A stretch of 64,000 nucleotides of DNA from Heterodontus francisci (GCF_036365525.1 NC_090391.1:61152591-61216590), one strand, 5' to 3'; counted from the first letter of the stretch, positions 36,670-50,689 are shown. The notes: a model not told the origin generated them from the sequence alone. Numbers and translations: made by a program.

Positions 36670-38760
36670 GCTACCAGGATGGTTGGCGGATGAGTGCACC
36701 CTCGGCCACTCTGCTGCTAGCGGTGTTGTGGGTACCTGTGATTCAGAGCCACCATCCGCCTCCGTCCCAAGACAAGTGAGCAGCCCAGGGAAGTCAGTTC
36801 ATCCTGTCTCTGGAAATACAGCCAGATACGAGACCAAAGCTTTCCCCACTAGCGCCCACAGGCTCAGAAAAACGGTGAACAATTCAATTCAGTTCATATT
36901 ATGGAAATAGAGCTTTCTGTTGGGCATATCCCAGATGGCTAGAATGGGTGACTGTCATAGGTACCGCCAAATTCCAGGACACTTGACCCAGCGGCATACA
37001 GTGTATTTTCTCCTGGTGGGACCACAGCCTTCTGCAGCACAGGCCGGTGCTCCCCTCCTCAGGCATTGCCAAATTTACAGTGGCTTCACTCCTGACTCCG
37101 TCCATACGGATAGCAAGCTGCAAGCCTAGGTTCGAGGTCCTGATGCTTCTGATGGTGGAGACAACCTTAGGTTACGCAACAGCAGATGGCCCCTGCAGCC
37201 CAAGGCCCTCTTCAGAGGAGGCACGCCTCCTCCTCTTAATCAGCGAAGGTTGCGGAGTGACAGAGACTTCCATCTCACTGGAGATTTCAGCTTCTTTCTC
37301 CACCCCCTACTGCCCAAAATCCTTCAACATCAACTCAGCGTGGGGCACGTGGGTTCCCCTGAGAATGCCCAGGGCAGAGCTCAGGCTCACGTTGTTTTCC
37401 CTGTCCGGACAGCGTGCATTCATGTGTTTTATTTTGCACCATCCCTTCCTTCCACACAGGCCGTCCCCCCACCCCTGCAGAATCCATGCAATCAATGGCA
37501 TTTGAAGCAGCCTGAGCCGTGACTGTTGCAGGTGGAGGGCAGGGGGAGCAGCGCCAAACCTGTCTGATGAAGTGTAGCTGGCAGCCCAGTATTTAGGAAA
37601 ACATACAGCTGGCAGCAGAAGAGGCAGACGAGTTATAGTCTGGTCTCCTCAAACCCGAGATGGACTGGAGTGATGCCCGACCTCTCCTCTCTGAGATGGT
37701 GCAGGTGGTGGAGAAGGGTGGGACTTTAGCTGACAGAAACCACTGCTCCTGATTCCCAGAGTGTCCACTGGCAGAAAGGTCCCGACCAAAGAGATCCTCC
37801 TGGTCAAGGCCTGGGACAAAGCCCACTCGCCCTTCACGAGAAACAGCGTCGTTCCATATATTTTAGAGGCTGTGACAATGTCCGAGGGACCAACAACCTC
37901 AGCCATTGTCTTTACACAAGCCTCAGCAGTCATAGTTGGGTAGGCATAATTCTGCACTCCATGCTCTGCTGTTTGATGCCTGACTAGTAACAAGGCTGTA
38001 AGAGTGGCTGCAGCAGCCATTGCAGAATAGGAGGGCCACCAAGGGACAGGTCAGAGAAGCCATAGGGCAAAAGAGTGTCACACACACACACACACACACT
38101 TTGCTGAAAAAGTGAATTAAAACGAATAATTATGTATTATAATTGAAATACATGGAGGGTTATGGCAAGCGGGGTGGAGGGGGCGTGTCTGAGGGAGAGG
38201 ATGGCCAAGCGGAATCAATATTTGCAGCTATAATAATGGAGAGCAGTCCGTTCACTGGTCTTCGAACTGTAGGGGTTGGGGATGTCTTTCGCCAAACAGC
38301 TGAAGTTGTGCAGTCACACTCCTATGCTGAAGTTATGAGACAGAAAAAGAAGAGCCTTCCCCACCCCCACCCCACCGCCACCACCACCCGCCCCCCCTCA
38401 CCCCGGCAGCTCTAGCTGTCCCTGATCAGCGGAAGGAGCTGCCGATTTATGGTGACAAACAACACCATAAACCCCGATTGAAACAGACAGCCCCACCCGA
38501 GGTATTTTGACTCGTCCTCCTCCCTCAACAATCTAGAATAACATTGACTCAAAACTCCAAAAAAACATCACAAAAGTTCTTTCAGGTCTTGTGTCTTCCT
38601 GTTGCCTCCCTTCAGTGACAAAAAAATGGAAAACCTTCCCTTCAGTCTCAGTCGCTGTCTCTCCCTCCCTGCTGCACTTGCAAACAGCTCACAGTCTGCA
38701 GTCAGCCAAACATTGTTGATTCTCACTGTTCCTGAGCAGCTCCAAGCAAGTAGCAGCGGG
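36670..38760 (-). mobile_element. Tx1/L1-clade LINE 5' UTR and decayed ORF1
   Basis: ORF 37649-38020 HGVQNY..P.MT.EACVK.MAEVVGPS.IV.ASK.YG..LF...GTFLPV resembles Tx1 ORF1; (CA)n at about 38079-38099. Confidence 0.7.
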
Positions 38761-38769
38761 CACAGTGTG

Positions 38770-38932
38770 ATAGATGTCCAGGGGGTGTTTTATGGCGACT
38801 TTATAGAGGGAGATTTACTCAGTATCTAACCCGTGCTGTACCCTCCCTGGGAGTGTTTGATGTGGACAATACAATGGGTACATTACTCTGTAGCTAACAC
38901 CATTTTTTTCCTTTTTATTGTCGAGGGAGCTT
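38770..38932 (+). repeat. ~67-bp minisatellite (GAGGGAGCTTTACTCTGTATCTAACCCGTGCTGTACC..GGGAGTGTTTGATGGGACAGT-like), left part
   Basis: Units at about 38808 and 38876; the same motif family recurs at 50261-50370 and 50690-51030. Confidence 0.7.
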
Positions 38933-40278
38933 TTTTCTTTATTTAACCCCATTTTTGTTATGATGGGCTTCATAACTCAGTTCCTTTTTATATTTCTGTT
39001 GTGGGGGCTTTTCTTCCTCAGGCCCAGTTTGAATGCATTTTACAAAGCAGTTTTATTAAAATCGCATAACTAACAGAAAACTCAAAGTAAAATGCCATTT
39101 TTGGCATCGATGATGCACTCCAGCCCCTGTGGTACCCCTATATCTTGCAAGGCATTAACCGAACTAGCGGACATCATATGCTCCTTCTCCAGGGACACCC
39201 GCACGTGAATGTAACCTCGAAAGAGGGGCAGTCAATCAGGGCCTATGGACCCCGAGCCGCCTGCAGCCTGGACCTGCGAATTGCCATCTTGGGCTGGCCC
39301 AGGAGCAGACCGACGGCGAGATACTCTTCCCGGCCCACCCCACCCCTTCTCCCCACTCCGCACTGGCTGCAAATGATCAGGAGCTTGGGGCTGAAGTGCA
39401 ACCAAAACGTGAGCAGCCACCCTTTCAAATACCCAAAGAGGGGCTGCAACGTCGCACACTCTGCATATACATGGAACACAGACTTGTCCAGGCTGCAGAA
39501 ATTGCAGGCTCCCGGGAATCCATGAACCGACTTAAAAGTCTATTCCACGGGCTGCCCTGTCTACGATGTAAAGGGGAAGGACTCCCACGCAAACACCTCC
39601 ACTGGGATTTCCCTTCACTGCCAGTTGGCAACACAAACCGTCATGGTGTATCCAGGTGAAAGACGAGGGCGAGCAAGTGGGGAGTGTGAAGGAGCAGCCC
39701 GTACTAGAAACCCCTCTCTGTTCTGTGGATTGGCAGGGAGGGCATTTCCGAGAGGCAGGTCAGGTTATGTGGAACTGAAGCCCAAGCAGTGTTTCTGAGC
39801 CTGGGTCCACTGAACAGTTCCAGCTGAGCGGGATTCAGCTTGGCCGGGCGTACTCCAAACTCCTGTGCCCTCTGGTCACCCACAGTGAGGGACACCCCAG
39901 CAGCATCGGCTATTCGTCTGCTCATCTTTACATCCCGAGAGCCAATTGCCTGGCCAGCCAAGACACTCTCCTGCACCAACTGGGAGCGCCTTTATTGTTG
40001 GCGACCATGTTCCAGAATCTAAATAGATCATGGTCAAAGACGGGTAGCTCCCTCAGAGAGGCGCGGATCACGTTCTCGACGGGAAGCTGAGTGTCGTCTT
40101 GAAGGCAGTGCCCCTGCGCACACACTCTGGAAGTATGCTCGACATACAAGTATCTCTGCACGGTCTAAAGGCAGACAGTTGCAACCTGGGTGCGTACGCA
40201 CACCAGCAACTGGCCAACCTCCACAATTGGGAGACTCAGGACCTTAGCAGAGTCCCAGTGTTTCTTCTTGCCCCAGAA

Positions 40279-40637
40279 GGCAGCACAGTGGCGCAGTGGT
40301 TAGCACCGCAGCCTCACAGCTTCAGGGACCCGGGTTCGATTCCGGGTACTGCCTGTGTGGAGTTTGCAAGTTCTCCCTGTGTCTGCGTGGGCTTTCTCCG
40401 GGTGCTCCGGTTTCCTCCCACAAGCCAAAAGACTTGCAGGTTGATAGGTAAATTGGCCATTATAAATTGTCCCTAGTATAGGTAGGTGGTAGGGAAATAT
40501 AGGGACAGGTGGGGATGTTTGTTGGGAATATGGGATTAGTGTAGGATTAGTATAAAATGGGTGGTTGATGTTCTGCACAGACTCGGTGGGACGAAGGGCC
40601 TGTTTCAGTGCTGTATCTCTAATCTAATCTAATCTAA
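40279..40637 (+). mobile_element. Full-length HE1-like V-SINE inserted in the Tx1
   Basis: Near-identical to the reverse complement of 33084-33436. Confidence 0.92.
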
Positions 40638-43600
40638 GAAATCGACGATACACTTCCAAATCTTGGTGACAACTGCAGGGAGCGGGGCCAAAGTGACCAA
40701 CCGGTACGACAGCTTCGAGAACACCAGCTACTAATTGACCAGCGATCGGCCCCTGTAGGAAAGCACTCCGACCAGTCCTGGCCCAAGCCCGAGCCGAGTG
40801 GTGACTTTCACCACCAACACATGCCAGTTTGCCGGCCAAGCTTCCTCAGTGGGGTTCAGGTGGACTCCTAGATAGAGGAGATTGGTGGTGCTACACATGA
40901 AGGTGCTAACTTCCCTGGCAGGGACTCTACTTGCCACTGACCCACCAGGAGTCCAGAGCATTTCTCCCAATTGATCCTCATGGAGGACGCAGCAGAAAAG
41001 GTCAGCTGGCACTTGCGCATCCTCCGCAAGTAAACGGGACCTTTGTCCGTGAGGTTCATGTCTTCAGTGTAATCCGAGAGGATGACCTGCATGCCAATCC
41101 CACGCAGACCCAGACTCGCCAACCTCCTGTAATGCAGGCACAGGAATGGCTCCATGCAAATGGCATACAATTGGCTGGACATGGGCCATCCCTGAAGCAC
41201 GCTCTCCCAAATCGAAGGGGCGCCGTCAAGAATCCGTTAACTTTGACAAGAGACTCGAAGTCCGAATGCACGTGAGTCCTGAAAAGGTATTCGTGATCCA
41301 CCCTGTCGAATGCCTTCTCCTGATCGAGGGAGAGAAAGGCGACTGACAGACCAGTCCTCTGGAAAAGTAGGATCAGCTCCCGGACCACATGGATGTTATA
41401 CTGTATGGACTGGCCCGGGACCTTATGGGAGTGGTCGGGGTGAATAATGTTGGCCAGCTCGGAGGCCAGGCAGGTCGACACAGGAGTATAGAGCGGGCAA
41501 AGATCTCACAATGCGTGCTGAGGCTGAAGACTGGATGCCAGTTATTAAGCAGGCGGAATCATCCCTCTTCAGCACCCGTGACATGAAGGCCCTTCGCCAG
41601 GAGAGACACGAACGCTATGTTGCCAACCTGGTGCCATGGTTCAGCATATCTCATCTGTGCTGCAAAGGAACTTGGAGTGGGAGGGAAAGTGTCCAGTTGC
41701 CGTGGTCCACGATGGTACCAAGCATATAGTAGAACGAGGATAGAGGTTCTGCTGAGGAAATATGAGCAGCTGGGGCGAAATTGAAAAAATAACAACTAAA
41801 AAGTATTACTCTCCAGATTACATCCTGAGCCACGAGCTAATTGGCACAGGGCCAATAAGATCAAAGAGGTAAATGCGTGGCTCAAAGATTGGCTTGGGAG
41901 AAATGGGTTCGAATTCATGGGGCATTGGCACCAGCACTGGGGAAAGAAGGAACTCTTCTGATGGGATGGGCTCCATATGAATCATGCCGGGACCATAGTC
42001 CTGGCGAAGCGCGCAACTAGGGCTGTAGATGGGGCTTTAAACTAAATAGTGGGGTGCGGGAGGCGGGTGCAGTTGCATGGAAAATTAGGAAGTCAAGTTA
42101 AAGGAGATGGTAGGAGTGCAGGTTATTGATGAGGCTTTGTATCTGAATGCACGAAGCATTCGGAATAAAATTAATGAGTCAACAGAGCAAATAGAGACGA
42201 ATGCTTATGATTTAGTGGCGATTACTGAGACGTGGTTGCAGGGAAACCAGGTTTAGGAATTGAATCTCCAAGGGTACTCAATATTGTGGAAGAATAGGCA
42301 GGAAGGAAAAGGAGGTGGTGTAGCTTTATTCGTAAAGGAAGAGATCAGTGCTGTAGTGAGAAATGATATGAGCACTGGAGTTCAAGACGTAGAATCAGTC
42401 TGGGTAGAAATAAGAAGTAGCACGAGAAAGAAGTCCATGGCGGACGTAATCTATAATTCCAGAAATAGTAGTTCTGCACTGGAGACAAGTATAAACCAGG
42501 AAATATTTGGGCTTGCAAGAATGGTAAGCCAATAATCATGGGTGATTTTAGTATGCAAATAGACTGAATTAATTAAATTGGCAAGGGTAACCTCGAGGGA
42601 GAGTTCATTGAATGTATTGTCGATTATATTTGAGCAATATATTGTGGAATCAACCAGGGAGCAGACCATTCTCGCTTTTGTATTATGTAATGTGATGGGT
42701 TTAATTAATGATCACATTGTTAAGGATCCTCCAGGGAAGAGTGATCATAGCGTGCTAGAATTTCAAACTGAGTTTGAGGGCGAGAAACTGGAGGCCCACA
42801 CCAGCGATTTGGAGTTAAGCAAAGGTAATTACATAGGCATGAGGACAGATTTTGCCCCAGTGGACTGGCCAGGAAGACTAAAAGGTAGGACAGCTGATGA
42901 GCAGTGGCAGATGTTTATGGAGATATTCAATTCCTCCCACCGATAATATACTCCAGAGAGGAGGAAATATGTTAAGATGGGGGAAAACATCCATGGATAA
43001 GCAAGCAAGTTAAGGATAACATAATGACAAAAACTAAGGCATACCATATTGCAAAGGCCAGAGGCAGGCTGGGAGATTGGTATATTTTTAAAGATCAATA
43101 AAGAGTTACAAAAAAAGCAATAAAATGTGCTGAGGTAAATTATGGAAGAATACGAGCGCAGAATATAAAAATGTCCCCAGGGCCTGATGGCTTGCATCCT
43201 AGGGTGGTAAAGGAAGTGGCAGTGGAGATAGTGGATCCATTGGTTATAATATTCCAAAATTCCCTGGATGCAGGGAAGGTTCCAGTGGATCGGAAAAATG
43301 CTAATATAACGCCTTTATTTAAAAAGGGAGGGAGGCAGAAAGTAGGAAACTATAGACCAGTTAGATTAATATCTGCCGTTGGGAAATTGTGAGAATCCAT
43401 CATTAAGGAAGTAGTAACAGGACATTTAGAAAGTCAAAAAGCAATCCATAGAATCAACATGGTTTTATGAAGGGTAAATCATGTTTGACCAATTTGTTAG
43501 AGTTCCTCGAAAATGTAACAAGTAAAGTCCATAATGGGGACCTGTAGATCTAGTATATCTGGACTTCCAGAAGGGAGTTGATAAGATGTCGCATAAAAGG

Positions 43601-44201
43601 TTAATACACAATGGAAGGGTTTACATGGTGTTGGGGGCAATTTATTAGCTTGGGTAGAGGATTGGCTAACCAACAGAAAACAGACAGCCGGGATAAATGT
43701 GTACTTTTTTGGTTGGTAAGGTCTGACGAGAGGGGTGCCACAGGTTTAGGTCATCGGGCCCCAACTATTTACAATCTATATTAATGACTTGGATGCAGGG
43801 ATAGAAGGTACGATAGTCAAATTTGCAGATGACACTAAAATAGGTAGGATCGTAAGCTGCAATAAATAAATTTTAAAAATACAAATGGATATGGATATGT
43901 TATGTGAATTGGGCCAAAATTTGGCAGATGGAGTTTAACGTGTATCAGTGTGAGGCTATCCATTTTGGTCAGAAGAATAGAAAGGCAAATTATTATGTAA
44001 ATGGGGAGAAACGTCAGAGTGCTTCGGTGGATCTGGGTGTCCTCGTGCAAGAATAGCAGAAAACCAGTCTGCAGGTGCAGCAGGTAATGAGGAAGGCAAA
44101 TACAATGTTGACATTTATTGATAAATGAATAGAGTGTAAAAATAGGGATGTGTTGCTGCAACTATACAAGGCATTAGTGAAACCGCACCTGGAGCATTGC
44201 A

Positions 44202-44433
44202 ACAAAAACAAGAAATGCTTGATTCACTCAGCAGGTCTGGCAGCATCTGTGGAAAGAGAAGCAGAGTTAACGTTTCGGGTCAGTGACCCTTCTTCGGAGT
44301 TCCGAAGAAGGGTCACTGACCCGAAACGTTAACTCTGCTTCTCTTTCCACAGATGCTGCCAGACCTGCTGAGTGAATCCAGCATTTCTTGTTTTTGTTTC
44401 AGATTTCCAGCATCCGCAGTATTTTGCTTTTAT
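44202..44433. mobile_element. Palindromic Penelope terminal insertion with 14-bp TSD
   Basis: Arms 44201-44298 and 44301-44398 are reverse complements with one mismatch; TSD CCTGGAGCATTGCA at 44188-44201 and 44434-44447. Confidence 0.93.
44298..44334 (+). ncRNA. Minimal hammerhead motif in the right arm of the palindrome
   Basis: Same 37-mer as 22918-22954. The mirror copy (44265-44298, minus strand) lacks a full stem I. Confidence 0.6.
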
Positions 44434-44546
44434 CCTGGAGCATTGCATACAGTTTTGGTCCACTTACATGAATAGGGATGTATTTGCATTGGAGGCAGTT
44501 CAGAGGAGGTCCACTAGATTGATTCCAGAGATGTGGGGTTTGTCTT

Positions 44547-47500
44547 CACAGAATCACAGTGCAGAAGAGGCCTTTCAGACCACCGAGTCTGCACCGATGC
44601 ATTAAAGACACCTGACCTGTCTAACTATTCCCATTTGCCAGCACTTGGCACATAGCATTGCATGTTATGACGTGCCAAATGCTCATCCAGGTACTTTTTA
44701 AAGGATGTGAGGCAAACCGCCTCGACCACCCTCCCAGGCAGGGCATTCCAGACCATCACCACCCTCTGGGTAAGAAAGTTCTCCTTCGAATCCACCTTAA
44801 ACCTTCCGCCCCTCACCTGAAACGTGTGACCCCTCGTTCCTGACCCTTCAACTATGGGGAACAGCTGCTCCCTATCCACCCTGTTCATGCCCTCATAATC
44901 TTGTGCACCTCGATCAGGTCACCCCTCAGTCTTCTCTGCTCCAGCGAAAACAACCCAAGCCGATCCAACCTCTCATCATAGCTTAAATGATCCATCCCAG
45001 GCAACATCCTGGTGAATCGTCTCTGCACCCCCTCCAATGGGAAAACATCCTTCCTATAATGTGGCGACCAGAATTGCACACAGTACTCCAGCTGTGGCCT
45101 TACCAAATGTCTGTACAACTCCAACATGGCCTCCCTGCTTTTGTAATCTATGCCTCGATTGATGAAGGCAAGTGTCCCATATGCCTTTTTCACCACCCTA
45201 TTAACCTGCCCTTCTGCCTTCAGAGATCTATGGACAAGCTCGCCAAGGTCCCTTTGTGCCTCGAAACTTCCCAGTGTCATGCCATTCATTGAATACTTCC
45301 ATGTCACATTAATCCTTCCAAAGTTTATCACCTCACACTTTGAGCGTTAAATTCCATCTGCCACTGTTCTGCCCATTTGACCATCCTGTCTATATCTTCC
45401 TGTAACCTAAGACACTCCACCTCACTGTTAACCACTCGGCCAATCTTTGTGTCATCCGCGAACTTACTGATCCTACACTCCCACTTCCGCCACATAGTCA
45501 TCTATGTTGTTTATATAAATGGTAAACAATAGGGGACTCAGCACAGATCCCTGCGATACACCACTAGACACTGGCTTCCAGTCACTAAACAATTGTCTGT
45601 GTTCACTCTGTCTCCTACAGCGAAGCCAATTTTGAATCCACCTTTTCAAGTTGCCCTGTATCCCATGTGCATTTGCATTCTTGATAATTCTCCCATGTGG
45701 CACCTTGTCAAAGGCTTTTCTGAAATCCAACTACATCAACTGCACTACCCTCATCTACACACTTGGTCACATGCTCATAAATTCAATCAAATTTGTTAAG
45801 CATGACCTCCCTCTGACAAAGCCATGCTGACTATTCCTAATCAAATTTTGCCTCTCCAAGTGGAGATAGATTCTCACCTTCAGAATTTTCTCCAATAGTT
45901 TCCCTACCACTGACGTGAGACTCACTGGTTTGTGGTTCCCTGGCTTTTCCGTACAAACGTTCTTAAATATTGGGACCACATTAGCTGTTCCCCAGTCCTC
46001 TGGCACCTCCCCCGTGGCCAGAGAGGAATTAAAAATTAGGGTCAGAGCCCCTGCAATCTCCACCTTCGCCTCCCACAGCATCCTGGGACACAAATCGTCC
46101 AGACCTGGAGATTTGTCCACTTTTAAGCTATCCAATACCTCCAATACCTTGTCCCTCCCGATGACAATTTGATAATAGATACGTTCCATATCTGCATCCT
46201 CATTCCCATGGGTGAAGGCAGATGTGAAGTATTCGTTCAACACCCTCCCAATGTCCTCTGGCTCCATCCACAAATTTCCCCATTGGTCCCTAATGGGTCC
46301 TACTCTTTCCCTGGTTATCCTCTTCCCATTGATATACTTATAAAATATCTTGGGATTTTTCCTACTTTTACCAGTCAGAGCTTTCTCATATCCCCTCTTT
46401 GCTCTCATAATTGCTTTCTTAAACTCCATCCTACACTTTCTGTACTCTACTAATGCTTCCTTTGATTTGCTCTCCTTGTATTTGCTAAAAGCCTCTCTTT
46501 TCCTTCTCATTGGACCCTGAATGTTTCTGGTTATCCATGGTTCTCTGGTCTTGTTGTTCCTACCTATTATCCCAGACAGAGCATGTTGGGCCTGTACCCT
46601 CCCCCATTTCCTTTTTGAATGCCCCCCACTGCTCTTCTGTAGATTTCTCGACAGGTAACTCTTTCCAGTCTACCTTGGCCAGATCCTGCCTTATTTTAAT
46701 AAAATTCGCTCTCCTTCAATCCAAAACCATTTTTTGCAACTAGTCTATTTCTTTCTCCATAACAAGCTTCAATTGTACCATGTTGTGGTCGCTATCACCA
46801 AAATGCTCCCCCATCAACACATCAACCACCTGTCCGGCTTCATTTCCCGGAATTAGGTCCAGTACTGCAACCTCACTTGTTGCATCCTCTACATATTGTG
46901 CTAAAAAGTTCTCCTGTATACATTTTAAGAACTCCACTCCATCTCAGCCCTTAACACGATTGCTATCCCCATTAATGTTGGGAAAGTTGAAATCACCTAA
47001 TATAAATACCCTGTTATTTTTGTTATGCACCACTGCATATTGTGCACGTATTTACTCCTCAATTTCCTGCTGGCTATTGGGGGGTCTATAATAAACATCT
47101 AGCAATGTGGCTGTCCCTTTTTATTCCTAAGTTCTACCCATAAAGCTTCATTGGATGCCCCCTCCAAGATATCATCTCTCCTTACTGCAGTATCTGTCTC
47201 CTTAACTAATATTGCAATGTCCCCTCCTCTTTTACCCCTCCTCTGTCTTGCCTGAATATTCTCTATCCCGGGATATTGAGCTGCCATTCCTGCCCCTCCA
47301 TCAACCATGTCTCCGTGATGGCTACTATATCTCAATTCCACGTGTCAATCCTTACCCTTAACTCATCCGTTTTACCTACAATACTCCTGGCATTAAAGCA
47401 GAGGCCTTCCATCCTGGTCTTACTCCCCTGAAACTTACTTCCGCTGTATTCTATCTGACTTGTTTGCTTTCCTGTGTTCAGCTGTGTCCCTATTCTGTGA

Positions 47501-48642
47501 GGATTCTGCATCCCCTCCCCCTGCCAAATTAGTTTAAACTCTTCCCAACAGCACTATCAAAACCGCCAGCAAGGATGTTAGTCCCCCTCTGGTTCAGATG
47601 TAGACCGTCCGGCTTGTACATGTCTCAGCTTCCCCAGAAACGGTCCCAGTGGTCTCGGAATCTAAAACCCTCCCTCCTGCACCAACTCCGAAGCCACGCA
47701 TTCATCTGTGCCATTCTCCTATTTCTATACTCGCTAGCACGTGGCAGTGGGAGTAATCCAGAGATTACAACCCGAGAGGTCCTGCTTTTTAGTCTGCTGC
47801 CTAACTCCCTGAATTCTTGATGCAAGACCGTATCCCTCTTTCCACCTATGTCATCGGTACCAACATGTACCATGATCTCTGCCTCATCCCCCTCCCCTTT
47901 CAGGATGCCCTGCAGCCGTTCAGTGACATCCTGGACCCTTGCACCAGGGAGGCAGCACACCATCCTGGAGTCACGTTGACGGCCACAGTAGCGCCTATCT
48001 TTCCACTGAGTATAGAGTCCCCCATTACGATTGATATTCCTCTCTTTCCCCCTTCCTGTACAGACAGCCTGCTTGCGGTGACTGAAGCTTGGCTCTGTCC
48101 TCACTCCCTGGAGGAACCAGCCTCATCAGCCTCCAGGGACCCGGGTTCGATTCCGGGTACTGCCTGTGTGGAGTTTGCAAGTTCTCCCTGTGTCTGCGTG
48201 GGTTTTCTCCGGGTGCTCCGGTTTCCTCCCACAAGCCAAAAGACTTGCAGGTTGATAGGTAAATTGGCCATTATAAATTGTTACTAGTATAGGTAGGTGG
48301 TAGGGAAATATGGGGACAGGTGGGGATGTTTGGTAGGAATGTGGGATTAGTGTAGGATTAGTTTAAATGGGTGGTTGATGTTCGGCACAGACTCGGTGGG
48401 CCGAAGGGCCTGTTTCAGTGCTGTATCTCTAATCTAAAAAAATCTAATCTAAAAATGGAATACCGATTTGCAAGCGGGAACCCAGGGATCTCCTGAACTA
48501 CTGTCTGTTTCTCTTGGACTGCATGCTAGTCACCCATTCCCTTCCTTCCTCAAGTCCCTTCAGCTGCAGTGTGACCACCTCTCAGACTCGCGAATGCTCC
48601 ACAGTGTTTCCAGCCGCCGATCCAGCTCTGAAACCCGAGCTT
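44547..48642 (-). mobile_element. CR1 LINE nested in opposite orientation in the previous CR1
   Basis: ORFs 47625-48104 (VHVGTDDIG), 46740-46937 (SDHN), 45767-46510, 45473-45730, 44885-45331 and 44625-44888. Confidence 0.92.
48127..48451 (+). mobile_element. HE1-like V-SINE (A box lost) in the nested CR1 ORF1
   Basis: B box, V-domain and tail match the other copies. Confidence 0.9.
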
Positions 48643-49287
48643 TCTTATGAAGAATCGTATGAAGAGAGATTGAGCAGTTTAGGCCTTTATCTCTCTAGTG
48701 TTCAGAAGAATGAGAGGAGATCTAATTTGAGGTACATAAGATGATGGGGGGATTGACAAAGCAGATGTAGAGAGGAAGTTTGCTCTGGTGGGGCAATCTA
48801 GAACGAGAGGTCATAGTTTTAGGATAAGGGGTAGTAGATTTATAACAGATATGAGGAGAAATTACTTCTCTCAAAGGGTTGTGAGTGTGGAATTCACTAT
48901 CCCAGATTGCGGTAGGTGCCGGGATATTAAGTAAACTTAAGGAGGAAATAGACAGATTGGTAATTAGTAACGGGTTGAAGGTTTAAGAAGAGCGGGCAGG
49001 AAAGTGGAGTTGAGGCCGAGATGAGATCAGCCAAGATCGTATTGAATGGCGGAGCAGGCTCGAGGAGCTGACTTGCCATCTCCTGCTCCTAGTTCTTATG
49101 TTCTTATGAGTGAAGCATTTCCCTGGTCACCAGGCTTTCACCCAGCACCCAGGCATATCGCCCCCAAGGACATTCCAGAATGCCACGAGGAGCTCCACTG
49201 TCAGCCCGTCCAACCCCCGGGATTTTCCCCTTGAGTGCTGATGGAAGGCACCAGTCAGCACCAGCAACGTGAGCAGGGCCTCCAATC

Positions 49288-49483
49288 ATAGAACATAGAA
49301 CATTACAGCGCAGTACAGGCCCTTCAGCCCTCGATGTTGCGCCGACCTGTGAAACCATCCTACCTACACTATTCCATTTTCATCCATATGTCTATCCAAT
49401 GACCACTTCAATGCCCTTAAAGTTGGCGAGTCTACTACTGTTGCAGGCAGGGCGTTCCACGCCCCTACTACTCTCTGTGTAAA
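49288..49483 (-). mobile_element. Short CR1 3' fragment in the Tx1
   Basis: (ATAGAAC)n tail and 3' UTR match 13621 and 52575. Confidence 0.85.
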
Positions 49484-50689
49484 TCCTTCAGGACCTCCGG
49501 GATGATCTTCAGCAGGGCCTTCCACAAACCTCTGTGCACATCCTCATTGGACGTAGCTGGAGAGAAAACATGTCAGTATAGCTGCAGACCAAAAGGTCCA
49601 TTCCATCCTGATGAGTGACAGATACGTCGTCGGCCGGCAGCTCGACGAGATGTTTACAGATCCTCCGCCATTTTCCCATCAATTAGACGAGAGTGCGGCG
49701 CAGTTCAAATCTTCCAGGATCTGGATCCGTGGCCTCATGCATACGCCTTGGGACCCTGCAAGCTGCAGCTCAGCCTTCTCTCCTTATAAGTCAGCCAAAA
49801 GTACCTGTCCACGTTGGCCTGTAGAAGTTGGAACTCTAAGTCGGAAACTTCATCCTGACTCCTGTGCATCCAATCTGGCTTTCCCGCCTCTTCGCGTACT
49901 CCTGACAGAAGGCACAGATTGACTCTTGCCCACATGCAACCAGAGCGTCAAGGAGGAGAAGCGCCCTTGCTTCCTTCTCCAGTCCGCTCAGAATAGAGGG
50001 AACGAGTACTGGAATCGCTCTTCTTCCAGCATTCGGTTGTTCAAGTGCCGGTACCCCATCCCCACCCATTTGCAAAGCAGAGTGAACTCCACCCACACCA
50101 GGTGGTCCAAGTATGGCACCAACAGCAAGGAGGCCACCAAGACGCAGGAGCCGTCCACCTGCAAAATGTAGAGGCCATCGATTCGGGATCCTACTCTTCC
50201 AGAACTCCACCTGAAGACACTGGAGTCAGGATGGAGTTTCTGCCAGACCTCGAACAAGTCGAGGGAGCTTCTCCACTTTATATTTGAAAGTGTTTGTTGG
50301 GACAGTGTATATGGAGCATTCCCTTGCATCAACCAGTGGTGAACCAACCGTGGGAATGCTTATTGGAACGATCGTGTGCGGGACCATTAAATTTTAAATG
50401 GTAATTTGAATTCCCCTTCATTCACTGAAAGAATATTCTCCAATCTTTCACGTTTAAAAGAATAATATTTTACTGTACAGATGTTATACGAATCAAACTA
50501 CTACTAAACTAACACTGCAATTTTAAATAAGTTATATTTTAAAGGAAAAATCCGAACAAAATATGAAGAAGAATAATTTAAGCTCCACATCTCAACCAAA
50601 CACCCCCGACTGACTTTTACATCTGTACGAAGAGTACCCCTGTACTTTACTGTATCCTTGTCGTTTGTTTGCTTCTCCTGGGACCAGTC

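Larger units (their letters stand above)
41607..49107 (+). mobile_element. CR1 LINE (partial ORF1, ORF2, 3' UTR) inserted in the Tx1 RT and itself interrupted
   Basis: Decayed VVHVGTND and DGLH, NARSI, SDH, SPGPDG, FADD; resumes at 48643 (YEERL..LGL); (GTTCTTAT)n tail. Confidence 0.85.
38933..50257 (-). mobile_element. 5'-truncated Tx1/L1-clade LINE with 13-bp TSD, hosting nested insertions
   Basis: TSD GTCGAGGGAGCTT at 38920-38932 and 50258-50270; poly(T) at 38931. RT motifs LSLDQEKAFDRVDH and QG.P.S..LY.I..EP at 40868-41481; endonuclease motifs W..LHPD, SRID and DH at about 50050-50257. RT sequence resumes across the 41607-49107 insertion. Confidence 0.85.
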
